Assembly: GCA_041489255.1 (NCBI GenBank)
Contig: JBGPQV010000013.1
Coordinates: forward strand, 1 to 64,000
Direction of reading: 5' to 3'
Source of the DNA: Thermoplasmata archaeon
GTDB taxonomy: Archaea > Thermoplasmatota > Thermoplasmata > RBG-16-68-12 > JAFNFQ01
DNA: 64,000 nucleotides
Shown: positions 51,301 through 59,409 of the stretch, piece after piece
Numbering within the stretch: the first letter of the stretch is position 1
How the letters are laid out: every line of letters begins with the position of its first letter
Position numbers and translations under genes: made by a program
Notes under the pieces: generated by a model
Database searches by the model: none
The model's input: only the letters and a program-made list of their open reading frames with translations
What the model was told of the DNA's origin: nothing

Positions 51301-51402
51301 GCGGCGGAGAAGACGGAAGAGGAACCGGTCGAGACCGAGCCAGAGGAGAAGAAGGAGACCGGGAAGGAGACCGAGAAGAAGGAAGAGTCCGAAGAGATGT
51401 GA
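45400..51402 (+). CDS. Giant cell-surface protein: parallel beta-helix, inserted Kelch propeller, TSP3 Ca-binding repeats, C-terminal TM anchor
   Basis: TTG start with RBS GAGGTGA (45388); signal/TM segment; N..GIY beta-helix repeats; six YIFGG-type Kelch blades; DxDxDG repeats; TM followed by RKGK and acidic tail. Confidence 0.9.
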   Translation: MSTENELEPVKSWPVRRIVWMFGFVFLLALVALMMSSQGGQASQTLGDTTISTPGNVWADDTYYMEGNLTIASGGELTMDNVILQFNITSDGEHWLSVEGGSTFDVMGGTLIRSSSSSHYNFWIEATSTWRIRDTIIEYAGYAAAGSRGVSIKTLPTADVVLDNVEIRYSKGNGIYWASDFRSLTLTNCLIHDNSGNGIFFPGPNSGTSTLRLDGTEIYDNGQGGIYVEGMNGAMFSISIVDSDLEDNANEGAVTFDHATSSTIDVSVVRSVLAYNMHGVYLVYGSYIDMTVSVENSTVSFNGNRGLSTWGTDHANIDYIVTDSTLEGNGMSLSDYYHYGGNVSMTVVRSSIINGASDCLMVGDVQDGSVNVVMRDSTIAGCGGHGVLTYITYNADVSVHLSNTTVAGNSYGVGEYSLYGGNYTLTVDQDSSISGNSNDGIVIDGITAGNMTVVLDDSDFNDNGNHGISILPNGYAYLVRDPQISLNRVLILRNGYYGFYMGDYAANVNLAPVFNDVVLNSNYGGIYFIGKMGGTFTFHPTSTFIIADTYGWSSEYGLYIGPMYGADLMVDLSRAQIMDQSSDGIYIEGSSIVMPQEDWLPGGRMGTSAVFTGQYYYVFGGTTCFGNCDTSEIVKFDSVTHSTWTIATALPSSRMFTSAVWDGGNFVYIFGGEQNWHGTFLNDILRFDIRDESISLLPVVLPNARMGTSAIWDGQYAYIFGGYDGSPRNEIYKFDPVAGSISTVGYLPSSGGYWASAVFDGTYGYIFGGYDNCWNYCTLDLIVRFNPITGATTVVGHLPMSQQGASAVWSGNHAIILGGDQYNFGNWWVTSGNVIAYDPSTNEVESVQGLPDGRSYASAATDGTGRVALFGGAYTTPVDGVYSEIFLLDVSSLSVPNQMNISMQDTISIGNGGSGFYLNMVIGVDLGITTTDGDFGNNNFGIYLQSAYRSYLTLSVTDSDLAENSNSGIFLNYFENTDSVIDILGSNMSESQNGFYIYQFRHSATTTHIENNTFDFVNYAIYLEYPSFFDVNTQDLRASYFYIYNNVAHEVYYSFIYYDQNYNAPIYFYIDNVVATGDPSSFWSVYFFDFEYANYGDLHVWINNAQVSDGGYGLYYYMDQRADAYITIQNSVFTDVYYGLYLYYPAYFADLFKLDIVNTEFYVSEYGYGMYIYYLGDDYGCRFEMTMVDSLFDDYSGDSYWYEYGIYVEEGYYGAHSWTLINTDFVNYYDYGWYLENIQYGEKVSIWMYGGSFRGAPGTYAVSIYVYQEYYDGTWDINLVSVDGDQAYEIDDSDGDMYQSFVTVYWYIDVTVYTGLNLDLPAPNVNVLAYDNGGGVVAGGMTDSSGVVTGLIAKQYRMSYGYFEAFTPHSVVASNGMTSTSATVSLAGADQSVVLHLTGDADGDGLNDVIDPDDDNDGYSDNNDAFPNDPNEWRDTDADGIGDNADPDDDNDSYLDTVDKFPQNPNEWNDTDNDGIGDNSDPDIDGDGYLNSNDAFPYDPTEWRDTDNDGIGDNSDPDIDGDGYLNSNDAFPYDPSEWRDTNGDGVGDNKDWDIDGDGVGNENDAFPYNPNEWRDTDNDGIGDNSDPDIDGDGVNNAQDAFPYDPKEWSDTDSDGIGDNSDPDIDGDSYLNSNDAFPYNPNEWRDTDADGIGDNSDPDDDNDGRLDTVDAFPKNPNEWADTDGDGIGDNSDPDIDNDGYLNGNDAFPYDANEWRDTDNDGTGDNSDPDIDGDGVNNAQDDFPYDPNEWSDLDNDGVGDNKDWDIDGDGVSNDQDRFPRDPNEWRDTDGDGIGDNADTDDDGDGVPDTTDVFPKNPNEWADMDGDGVGDNSDPDIDGDGYLNANDAFPNDDSEWRDTDNDGVGDNVDTDKDGDGVLNTQDDFPLDPSEWSDMDGDGVGDNSDIDIDGDGTLNVVDEAPSDPTRSGTIFQQPQPAPAPPDYTMILAVIAGLMIVLLLVMVMSMFRKGKPAAEKTEEEPVETEPEEKKETGKETEKKEESEEM
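49594..51160 (+). repeat. About 15 tandem 105-bp (35-aa) thrombospondin type-3-like repeats
   Basis: Unit DAFPYDPNEWRDTDNDGIGDNSDPDIDGDGYLNSN; 14 EW motifs counted. Confidence 0.92.
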
Positions 51403-51500
51403 TCAGAGAGAACGAACCGGGGCAGGCAAGCGAGTCTCGGAATCAGCCGTGCCCCGGCCCCATCAAGGGGACTCGGAACGACGTCGCGCTTCGAGACAGC

Positions 51501-52517
51501 TCAGTCCATCGGCTTCCTGTAGAACACCGCCCTCCTCACGACCCTGAATCCCATCCCCTCGTACAGGTGCCTGGCACCGCTCGGGTTCTCCGCGTCGACC
51601 CCGAGGGCCGCCTCGGTCATCCCCCTTTCCCTGAGCACCTTCAGGCTCCTCGCTAGCAGCGCCCTCGCGATGCCCCTGCGCCTCCAGCCACGCTTGACGG
51701 AGATCATCTCCGGGTGACCGCGCTTGCGGTTGTACCTCTCGTTGTCCTCGGCGTCCACGAAGTTCATGACGGTCCCGACTACCTCGTCGCCGTGCCAGGC
51801 TATCTGCCACATCGAGGGGTCGAAGGTCGGCGACTCCCGCCAGTGCGCGAACATCTCGTCCGATATCGGCACCTGGCTCCGCATGTCCTTGCACGCCTCG
51901 TTCCAGGCGTCGATTATCGCGCTGTGGTGCTCGGGCTTCACCGGGCGCACCTCGACGCCCTCGGGGAAGGGGAGGTCGGGGATGTTATCCAGGTCATGGC
52001 GCACGAGCCTGAGGCCGTAGCGGTAGACCATGTACCCGGCGCGCTCAAGGGCGGAGGCCAAGTCGCTTTCTGTCTCCTCGACGAGAGACTGGAGGAAGCG
52101 GGGGCTGTCCTTGGGGTTCGACTTGGACAGCTCCCTCAGCCGCTGCTCGCTTCGCCTGAGCATCGCCTCGCATATCCCTTTCCCCCGCCATTGCGGGACG
52201 AGGAAGATGCGGTGGTTGTAGAGGTAGGTGCCCTCCGGGGCCTTGGCCCACCAGGTCTCAGAGTAGCCGACGACCTCTCCGTGCACCTCGGCGAAGAGGA
52301 AGTCCTCGTGCGGGTCGCTGTGTTCCAGGTGCCTGAACTCGCGCGCGAAGTCCTCGACGGAGACCGTCAGCTCGAGCTGGTCGGCCTCCCTGATCCCCTC
52401 GATGACGGCGACCATGGCGGGGAAGTCCGACTCGTCCCTGAATAGGCGGAACGCGAGGCCGGGGATGGCGGGAGCGCCCGGGATCTTCACCGCACCTGCT
52501 GGATTTTCAGGATTCAT
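51501..52517 (-). CDS. Tandem GNAT acetyltransferase
   Basis: Two acetyl-CoA motifs (VPQWRGKGI, VKRGWRRRGIA), VDAENPSGA..LYEGMGF. Probable start MNPENP. Confidence 0.9.
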   Translation of the reverse strand: MNPENPAGAVKIPGAPAIPGLAFRLFRDESDFPAMVAVIEGIREADQLELTVSVEDFAREFRHLEHSDPHEDFLFAEVHGEVVGYSETWWAKAPEGTYLYNHRIFLVPQWRGKGICEAMLRRSEQRLRELSKSNPKDSPRFLQSLVEETESDLASALERAGYMVYRYGLRLVRHDLDNIPDLPFPEGVEVRPVKPEHHSAIIDAWNEACKDMRSQVPISDEMFAHWRESPTFDPSMWQIAWHGDEVVGTVMNFVDAEDNERYNRKRGHPEMISVKRGWRRRGIARALLARSLKVLRERGMTEAALGVDAENPSGARHLYEGMGFRVVRRAVFYRKPMD

Positions 52518-52612
52518 GCGCGCTCGTTTCGCAGACTGGTCGTCATAGATTGGCGTTTCGTTGCATGATGGACCGACGTGGATGGCCCTATCAGGAGAGA
52601 ATGAAAAAATAT

Positions 52613-52639
52613 GGCCGTCCATAAGTATTAAGGACGGCC
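52613..52639. promoter_or_regulatory. 8-bp perfect inverted repeat enclosing an AT-rich TATA-like core upstream of the GNAT gene
   Basis: GGCCGTCC-ATAAGTATTAA-GGACGGCC. Confidence 0.45.
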
Positions 52640-52908
52640 TTGTTGTGGAGGGATGCTTGTTACCACAATGGCGTTTCAGGCACAAATAGATTCCGATTGA
52701 GGATCGACGGGGAGGGGCGTCCGGATGACCTGCTATCGCTTGATGCGCCAGGCCTTGTCGACCATGCACCTGGCAGGCATTCCCCAGACGGAGGCGCTCT
52801 GGGCACGGTGCGCCGAGCTTCCAGAGATCAGATGGATCCGGGAGACCTTTCGACCCCACGCGAGCAGCTTCTCGCCGGACACGCTGTCTCCAGGCCCGCC
52901 AAGTCCCG

Positions 52909-53226
52909 TCATTCTATCCCCCCCTCCTTCGCGAGGGACTCCACGGTCCTGAACGCGAGGTCCGGTTCCATCCCGAGGGCCTCGACGATCTCGGACACTC
53001 GGGCAGAAGACCGGCCACGGAGGAACTTCATCACCGCGGTCTTCGCCCTCGCTTCCGTCCACGGTCTCAGCACGACGACCTTCGTGTCCCTCAGATCCTC
53101 CGCATATGCCTCGACGGCTTTCTGGACGAAGTCCGTCCGAGATCGCATGCCGGAGCGGGCGACGAGGTCGTCTACCTCTCTCAGCAGATCTGGAGGCAGC
53201 CGCAGCGATATCGTCGGTTTCCGCAT
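52909..53226 (-). CDS. CopG/ribbon-helix-helix regulator with C-terminal wHTH (orphan antitoxin-like)
   Basis: TISLRLPPDLLREVD..SRTDFVQKAV, then VSEIVEALGM. Confidence 0.85.
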   Translation of the reverse strand: MRKPTISLRLPPDLLREVDDLVARSGMRSRTDFVQKAVEAYAEDLRDTKVVVLRPWTEARAKTAVMKFLRGRSSARVSEIVEALGMEPDLAFRTVESLAKEGGIE

Positions 53227-53308
53227 CGTTCTTGCTTGCATGCAATACATGCATTGCAAGGTGTGTACTTAACAATGTCGGATACATGCAGGAACCGTGG
53301 TCGCATGC

Positions 53309-53680
53309 TCAGGCGTTGCCGTTATCATCATTAGGGTGTATCGCCCGTCTCTTGACCCGCCTGAAGTACTCCTCGGCAGTCTCCCCCTTGCGCACCTCCT
53401 TCGCCGCCATGTCTAGGTGGTCTGTCGACGAGGCGGGGGCCCCCTTCTCACCGATCAGTGACTTGGACATCTCCATGACCATCCGCCTCTTCAGATCATC
53501 GAGGTGCGCCTTCGAATCCGCCGTCTGCTGGAGCAGACCCTCCAGCTCCTCTATCATTCGATCCACGTCGACGCCCCCCTTCTTGATCGCGGCGCGCTCT
53601 TTCTTCATGAATTCGAGCACCTCCTTGGCGAATTCCAATTCGTCGAGTACCTCTGCGTCGAACTCCTCATCGTCTTCCAT
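53309..53680 (-). CDS. Hypothetical acidic helical protein
   Basis: Genome-typical codon usage; GGAG upstream of ATG 53680. Confidence 0.65.
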   Translation of the reverse strand: MEDDEEFDAEVLDELEFAKEVLEFMKKERAAIKKGGVDVDRMIEELEGLLQQTADSKAHLDDLKRRMVMEMSKSLIGEKGAPASSTDHLDMAAKEVRKGETAEEYFRRVKRRAIHPNDDNGNA

Positions 53681-53830
53681 TCTCTCCGCCTTGCCGCCTA
53701 GATCATGGAATTGATTGACCGGGATGTACAAGTAACTTGCGCGGGGAATCAGCAGGCGAAAGCATGAACGGCCTCCCCGTCGTAATCACAGCAGTTGGAT
53801 GATGATTCACCCCAAGGAGGGATGACCAAC

Positions 53831-54364
53831 TCAGGCTCTCTCGAGAGCCCGCCTGGCCATCCTGTACAGCTTCGCTGAACAGTACCAGCCCTCGTCGATG
53901 AGCCTGTCGAGGTTCCTCCCACCCTCGCTTGCCGTCATGACGCCGGCATCGACCAGCGAGAAGAGGACGGACAACGTCCCGCCGAGAGGGATCCCCAGAT
54001 GCTCCGCGACAGTCCTGACCGCCGCGTCGTCTGCGAGAAGTCGGGCATTCCTCTCCAGGGCAAGCACGATGCTGTCCCTGTCCGCCGTCGACAGGCCTTT
54101 GTTGGTCTCGAGCCGTCTCGACAGGGCGGTTTCAGGGACCGTCATGACCTTGATATCTCCCGCCTGAAGGAGCGCCTCTATCTCCGCGGTCTCGGGAGCA
54201 CCAATCTGCTTCCCGATGTCGATGACCTCCGCCTTCACCGTTTCGGGGATGAGAGACTCCGAGTACAACGAGGACGCTTCGCGGAGCGACCGGATCCTTG
54301 AGAGGAAGATCAGCGGCGAGGAGTCGAAGACAGCCGCCACGTCCGCCTTCGCTGCGCGTTTCAT
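53831..54364 (-). CDS. PIN-domain toxin (DUF3368-like)
   Basis: VFDSSPLI, IPETVKAEV, LSTAD, LLADD, GTLSVL. Confidence 0.9.
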   Translation of the reverse strand: MKRAAKADVAAVFDSSPLIFLSRIRSLREASSLYSESLIPETVKAEVIDIGKQIGAPETAEIEALLQAGDIKVMTVPETALSRRLETNKGLSTADRDSIVLALERNARLLADDAAVRTVAEHLGIPLGGTLSVLFSLVDAGVMTASEGGRNLDRLIDEGWYCSAKLYRMARRALERA

Positions 54365-54663
54365 TTCTGTCGCCGGCCGCGCAGGTCATCGATCACGTCG
54401 TCCGCGACCCAGGTCACGTGGTGGCGGTGGGCTTCCTCGACGAGTTCCCAGACGCTGATTCCCGCGTCCGCCGCTGCCCTGGACAGGGAGATCCTCCCCT
54501 TGCCCAGTTCGGCAAGAGCCCTTTCGAGGCGGTAGTCTCTGAGGCCGAGATGGAGGAGTTTCCGCAGTGCGGCGGACTTCTCTAGGTGCTCCTCGCGCAT
54601 CAGCCTCTCGAGTTCCCTCGCGAGCTCTTTGGGGATGCGTGCCGATATCGTGACTTCAGTCAT
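54361..54663 (-). CDS. UPF0175-family antitoxin
   Basis: ISARIP RHH-like start, GRISLSRAAADAGISVWE; 4-nt overlap with the PIN gene. Confidence 0.9.
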   Translation of the reverse strand: MTEVTISARIPKELARELERLMREEHLEKSAALRKLLHLGLRDYRLERALAELGKGRISLSRAAADAGISVWELVEEAHRHHVTWVADDVIDDLRGRRQK

Positions 54664-55024
54664 GTTTGCAAAGTATGCATTGCATACGGATAAAGATGCC
54701 GCCGAGGATATCCCGATGGAAGTTGGTGGATGGTCGGGAGACAGGTCGGGAAGGCTTTTCATGGAATCTCTCGCATGGTCGGTTTTGGATTCGATTCGCG
54801 CACATCAAGGCGACATGCGTACGCATCTTCAGGTCAAGATGAGCAGCGGACGGCCAGATTCTCCAGATTGTCAAGGGACGCAATGATTAGCGGCAGATTC
54901 GTGGAAGGATGGGAAAGGATGGAGACCCTGGGCTTCATGCGGCAACTTGGACGTATGGCAGCGCCGTGAAGGGAGGAATAACTTCCACTGATTTCATTCG
55001 GTCATTTGAACAATCTGCGTCGGA

Positions 55025-55140
55025 TCAAGGGGGATGGCGTCTCAAATGCCGGGCGATCCACCGGAATGGGCGCAGTATGGCGTCCCTGCGCGCCTGCCGC
55101 CTCAGCTCCTCCCGCCTCGCGACATACACGCGTCTCCGTT
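55025..55140 (-). pseudogene. 3' fragment of a DUF559 gene paralog
   Basis: Translates to ARREELRRQARRDAILRPFRWIARHLR; the intact copy at 58821-59360 ends ARQEGLRRRARKDAILRPFRWIARFLR. Confidence 0.85.
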
Positions 55141-55152
55141 TGACACTTTCAA

Positions 55153-57867
55153 TCACGCTGCGAACTTCACCTGCAGCGTCGGGTCGCCGATGACGTGGAA
55201 TATCTCCATGTAGTATAGGAGCCAGCGGTCATCCTCGATCCTGGCGCCCGCATACAGCTTCGCGTAGTGGTGTATGTCGCCGAGGGCCCTGCTCCCGCCG
55301 ACGAAGATAGTCCCGCTCTCGAGGCCGACATAGCCCGAGTACATGTAGGAGAAGATGCCGTCGGTGAAGATGTCGTTGTTCCCCGAGTACGAAAGCCTGG
55401 TCGGCGCTATGATCCCTATCGCCCCGCCGTCAGGTTGCCTCAGGAGCGCCTCGGCGAAGTTCAAATTGTCGTCAGCGCTCCAGTCCGCGCCGTTGGCGGG
55501 CGAGGCGGGTGTCCGCAGGAAGCTCCCGTCCGGCTGCCTCAGGAGCCAGTAGTCGTACTCGTTGTCGAAGTAGCCCGAGGCGCAGTTGATGCTGAAGACG
55601 ACGGGGAGGAGGGCGGTGGCGGCGTGCGCGCCGGCGGTGATGTCCCAGGTCTTCAGCCCGGGCTCCCCCCAGCCGGAGAACTCGCCGTGGTCCCTGTGCA
55701 GGATGAAGAGGTTCTCCCCCGTGTTCAGCTCGCCGAGGACGTCGGCAGTGCTCGCGTCCCAGCCGTAGGCGGGCCTCTGGAGCCCGGCGGGGAGCTCGGT
55801 CCCGTCAGCAAGGAACCGGGGATTCGAGTGCTCCCAGTCGGTCCTGTAGTAGATGTCGGCGCTGTAGCCTAACTCGTCCACGAGGTAGCGTCTCACGCGC
55901 TCCGCGGTCTTGATGAACACGGCGTCGTCCCGCCCGTCCACCCGCCAGACCTCGAACGTCCCGACGGTCCCCGCCGGCGCCCATGGCTCGACTAGGGTGA
56001 GGTGCTGGCCGTCGGTGACTGAGGCGACCTGCACGAAGTCCGCGCCGGAGCCCCATATCCGGATCCAGTCGCCCTCGCGGACGTCATGGGTGAACCAAGA
56101 GCCCGCCCCGGTCACGTCGCGCGAGCCCTGGGTGAGGTAGATGAACCCGTCAACCGTGCCGCCAGCCTCGGTGGTCGGCTTGTACGCGCGGAGGTCGTAG
56201 AACGCTCCCGCCACGGCGAAGGTCCTCTGGAACGCGGCGGGGGCGGTAGCGGTCTCGTACGCGATGATCTTGTCCACGACGTCATCCGCCTGAGTCGCAT
56301 TGTCCACGGGTATCCGCCCGATCGACAGGTCGGGGTAGGGGTCCGCCTTGTCCTGGACAATCGCGTAGTAGAGGTCGGTGCCGACGCCGAGGGCCTTCGG
56401 CCTCGAGGCGGACAGCTCGACGAGCCCCTCGTTCACGCCGAAGTTGGGCCGGATCCTGTCGGCGTCCCCCATGAGCAGCAGGTAGCGGAGCGTGTGCAGC
56501 CCGCCCTCCCAGTTCAGGGGCGCGGAGCCCTCGTCGGGCGCCCTGTCGTTCAGTTCGCACACCGCCCACGCGGTCGCGTCAGGAGCCGAGGCGGGGAAGG
56601 CGGCGAGCCACGGGAAGTGTATCGAGACCATGTTGTCCTTGACGAGGGCGGTGCCGTTCGTGAGGACGGTCGTGCCCTCCCTGACCTCGAACTGCTGCCA
56701 CCAGATGCTGATCGTCCTGTCCGCGACCCCGTTGCCGTCGAGGTCGACGTGTATGTAGATCAGCGGGCTCAGCGTGAGCGTCGAGCGGAGGAAGACCTCG
56801 GCGTAGAACTCGTCCTGCTTCCTGATGAAGTTGAAAGCCATGATGTCCTTGTCGTCCGTGATGCCGGGCTCGTTCGGGTCCATGCGCGTGGACATCAGCC
56901 TGTTCCTCTCCCACTCGTCCCGCACGAAGGCCTTGATCGCCTCGTCGAGGGTCGGGTTGTAGTAGCCCCCCGGCTGGATGTCCGCGGCGGCGACGAGCTT
57001 CACCTTCCAGCCGAGGTCCCTCTTGTGCTGCGCGAGCCTGTATGCCGCGCCGAAGAGGTCCTGGTGCGTTATGATGAGGAGGCTGTACAGGGGGTCGTCG
57101 AAGACCTGGAGCGGGTAGGCGGCGAGGGTGACCGGCATCATCTGGATCGTGTCGTTGTTCTCGATGTGCGGGATGGCGGGGGCGTACCGCCAGTCGCTTA
57201 TCATCATGGCGGGGGAGACGGCGGCGTGCTGCGGGTCGAAGTCCAGGTCGATGTTGATGGTCTTGCGCAGCTGGACGAGCCTGTCTCCGGGGATGTACTG
57301 TATCGGATAGACGCGGAGGATGAGGAGGTCGATGTCGCCTATCTTGGCGGTTCTCTCCTCGTGCAGCTTGCCGGGGTAGGGGGACATCGACATGTACGCC
57401 TGCTCGTCGATCGTGAAGGGCGGGATCTCCGCGCCGACGTTCTCGGGGGCGGGGGGCTGGGCAGGGTAGACCTTGACGTCCTTGTGGTCGACGGTCTCCT
57501 TCACCTCAAGGTTCGCTATGGGGGCGGGCGCGTTCCCCTGCGCGTCGTGCGGGAGCACGAAGTAGTAGGCAAGGAAGGGGATCTCCGGCTTGCCGACCTC
57601 GCTCGTTGCCCCGGCGCCGAGGAAGTCGAGCTTGTGGTAGAGCGTGTCGTTGACCGTGAGCGTGGAGGCGGCCACGTTGGGCACGTGCAGGACGCCCGTC
57701 CAGCGCTCGTACGTCGACTCAGTCGCGTCGAGCTTGAGAGTTATATCCCTCGGGTCCGAGGCGAAGGGCGGCGGGCCCTCAGTCTTGGGCGTGAAGAAGC
57801 CCGCGTAGTAGAGGACGGCCAGGAGCACGATGATCGAGACCAGGACGGCGAAGGGCCATTTTCTCAT
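55153..57867 (-). CDS. Gingipain-like C25 cysteine peptidase with propeptide and N-terminal membrane anchor
   Basis: GKPEIP propeptide, LLIIT, YLLLMGD, TDLYYA, IGRIP, catalytic DHG and INCASGYFD, FAEALLR..GAIG, IGDP. Confidence 0.9.
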   Translation of the reverse strand: MRKWPFAVLVSIIVLLAVLYYAGFFTPKTEGPPPFASDPRDITLKLDATESTYERWTGVLHVPNVAASTLTVNDTLYHKLDFLGAGATSEVGKPEIPFLAYYFVLPHDAQGNAPAPIANLEVKETVDHKDVKVYPAQPPAPENVGAEIPPFTIDEQAYMSMSPYPGKLHEERTAKIGDIDLLILRVYPIQYIPGDRLVQLRKTINIDLDFDPQHAAVSPAMMISDWRYAPAIPHIENNDTIQMMPVTLAAYPLQVFDDPLYSLLIITHQDLFGAAYRLAQHKRDLGWKVKLVAAADIQPGGYYNPTLDEAIKAFVRDEWERNRLMSTRMDPNEPGITDDKDIMAFNFIRKQDEFYAEVFLRSTLTLSPLIYIHVDLDGNGVADRTISIWWQQFEVREGTTVLTNGTALVKDNMVSIHFPWLAAFPASAPDATAWAVCELNDRAPDEGSAPLNWEGGLHTLRYLLLMGDADRIRPNFGVNEGLVELSASRPKALGVGTDLYYAIVQDKADPYPDLSIGRIPVDNATQADDVVDKIIAYETATAPAAFQRTFAVAGAFYDLRAYKPTTEAGGTVDGFIYLTQGSRDVTGAGSWFTHDVREGDWIRIWGSGADFVQVASVTDGQHLTLVEPWAPAGTVGTFEVWRVDGRDDAVFIKTAERVRRYLVDELGYSADIYYRTDWEHSNPRFLADGTELPAGLQRPAYGWDASTADVLGELNTGENLFILHRDHGEFSGWGEPGLKTWDITAGAHAATALLPVVFSINCASGYFDNEYDYWLLRQPDGSFLRTPASPANGADWSADDNLNFAEALLRQPDGGAIGIIAPTRLSYSGNNDIFTDGIFSYMYSGYVGLESGTIFVGGSRALGDIHHYAKLYAGARIEDDRWLLYYMEIFHVIGDPTLQVKFAA

Positions 57868-58098
57868 CACGATCCCTCGGTGACCGCATGGTTCTGGATT
57901 CCTTAATTGTTTTCCCGGGGAATGTCGACCTGCTGTCGGCAAGTGCCCGCGTCAGGGGGATATGGACTGCGACTTCTGACCGAATCCAGGGAACCGGCGG
58001 TTCGCCTGGGCGCATGTCCGCGCATCGATGTGCTTGCCGCCTCAAGGCCCCGCTGTTTGACCGCCTCGATGCGATAGACTTCGAGGCTGCGCAGCTGA

Positions 58099-58512
58099 CT
58101 AGTCCCCAGGAAGCTTCTTGAACCCCGCCTGCTGGAAATTGTCGTCGAACGTGAAGGCCGAGTCAAGGCCCAGACTTCGCATGGCAATGAAGCTGGTGCA
58201 GTCGGTGAAGCTCCACCTCTTGTCAACCCGCTCCTCCATAAGCTTGGCCGCCTCCCAGAACGCATGCTCCCCGATCCACACGATGTCGACGCTCTCGCTC
58301 TCCCGTATCTTGATAAGGAACCTTGAGGCCGCGGCGGCCCCAAACCTCAGCGAGAGCAACGTCAGGGTCTCGTCGAGGACATAGTCGGTCGTGACCATCG
58401 CCCCAAGGCGCCCCTTCGAAAGTTCCCTTAAGAACGCAGCGGCACCGCGGTGGTTGCGGTCATCTGGAGACTCCAAGGCATACCACGCGCCCGTGTCGAC
58501 GAATATCATCAC
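58099..58512 (-). CDS. vapC: VapC PIN-domain toxin
   Basis: IFVDTGAW, TTDYVLDE, SFTDCTS, FTFDDNF. Confidence 0.93.
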   Translation of the reverse strand: MMIFVDTGAWYALESPDDRNHRGAAAFLRELSKGRLGAMVTTDYVLDETLTLLSLRFGAAAASRFLIKIRESESVDIVWIGEHAFWEAAKLMEERVDKRWSFTDCTSFIAMRSLGLDSAFTFDDNFQQAGFKKLPGD

Positions 58513-58745
58513 TTGCCACCGTAGAGGACCTTGTCATGATCTGTCGAGGTTGTATCCTTGGTTCCTCGCTTCGCGCCCACCGGCGGCTCAGAGAACACAG
58601 GGTCGCCCGCCCGCACGCGGTCTGAGAGGACGAGGCCCCGCACGAGTTCCCGGACGACTGCCTTTATCGTTTTCCCGTTCTCCCGCGCATAGCGGGCGAG
58701 CAGGGCGTGCTCGGGTTCGGACAGCTCTGTTTGGATGACGCGCAT
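58509..58745 (-). CDS. VapB-like RHH antitoxin
   Basis: Overlaps vapC start; ends STDHDKVLYG, typical of partners of this VapC group. Confidence 0.85.
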   Translation of the reverse strand: MRVIQTELSEPEHALLARYARENGKTIKAVVRELVRGLVLSDRVRAGDPVFSEPPVGAKRGTKDTTSTDHDKVLYGGK

Positions 58746-58820
58746 GTTAGATGTAAAATGGAATATGCGATATTTAAAATGTGGCATGACGGAGACGGTG
58801 ATGGGCGATGATGTCTGCCT

Positions 58821-59360
58821 CTACCTGTCGTGTCTAAGGAACCTGGCAATCCAGCGGAACGGTCGGAGGATGGCGTCCTTGCGCGCCCGTCGTCTGAGTC
58901 CCTCCTGCCTGGCGAGTTCAATCACCCATTCCCGCCGGGTTCTCACCTCTCGCATGACGACGTACGCGCAGTTCTCCGCCTTGTGGTGGATGGTCTTCCC
59001 GTGGAACCGCTTCACGGTCCAGCCCGCATTGCGCAGGATCCAGTCGCGCTTGCGGTCGTATTCTCTGTGGATGTCGCCATGGTACGCAGCGCCATCGGCC
59101 TCGACGGCCATCTGGATGTCGGGGAATGCGAAGTCCACGTAGTATCCATTCACGCAGAATTGGGGTATCGGGTACAGCCCTTCCCGGCACATCGCCTCGT
59201 AGAGCTTCGCCTCGATGGGCGACATCCAGACCGGCCCCGCGGGTGTCTGGACCCGTGTTGCTCCGGGGCGGGATGCGGCCTCGCGCTGCAGCTGGAGATA
59301 CACCGCCTTCCGCCTTCCATCCCTTTCAAGCTCCCGGAAGATCGAACGGCCGATGTTCAT
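58821..59360 (-). CDS. DUF559/Vsr-like PD-(D/E)xK endonuclease
   Basis: SPIE, PQF, YVDFA, AVEADG..H, DRKRD..L..AGWTV.RF. Confidence 0.9.
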   Translation of the reverse strand: MNIGRSIFRELERDGRRKAVYLQLQREAASRPGATRVQTPAGPVWMSPIEAKLYEAMCREGLYPIPQFCVNGYYVDFAFPDIQMAVEADGAAYHGDIHREYDRKRDWILRNAGWTVKRFHGKTIHHKAENCAYVVMREVRTRREWVIELARQEGLRRRARKDAILRPFRWIARFLRHDR

Positions 59361-59409
59361 CTGAACGATTCAAAGGAATGCGCATGAGGAATTTAAGCTG
59401 TCATCCTTC

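Noticed and set aside
51181-51402. C-terminus of the giant protein as an archaeosortase (PGF/PEF-CTERM) signal
   Set aside because: No PGF/PEF motif precedes the TM helix, and a long acidic tail follows the basic residues.
1217-51431. 14-bp match CGGGGCAGGCAAGC at 1217 and 51418 as att sites
   Set aside because: A few GC-rich 14-mer matches are expected by chance in 64 kb, and the interval contains core genes.
56086-57906. 606-aa plus-strand ORF and other long antisense ORFs (44156-45028, 16377-17303)
   Set aside because: Shadow ORFs opposite well-supported genes, typical of high-GC DNA.
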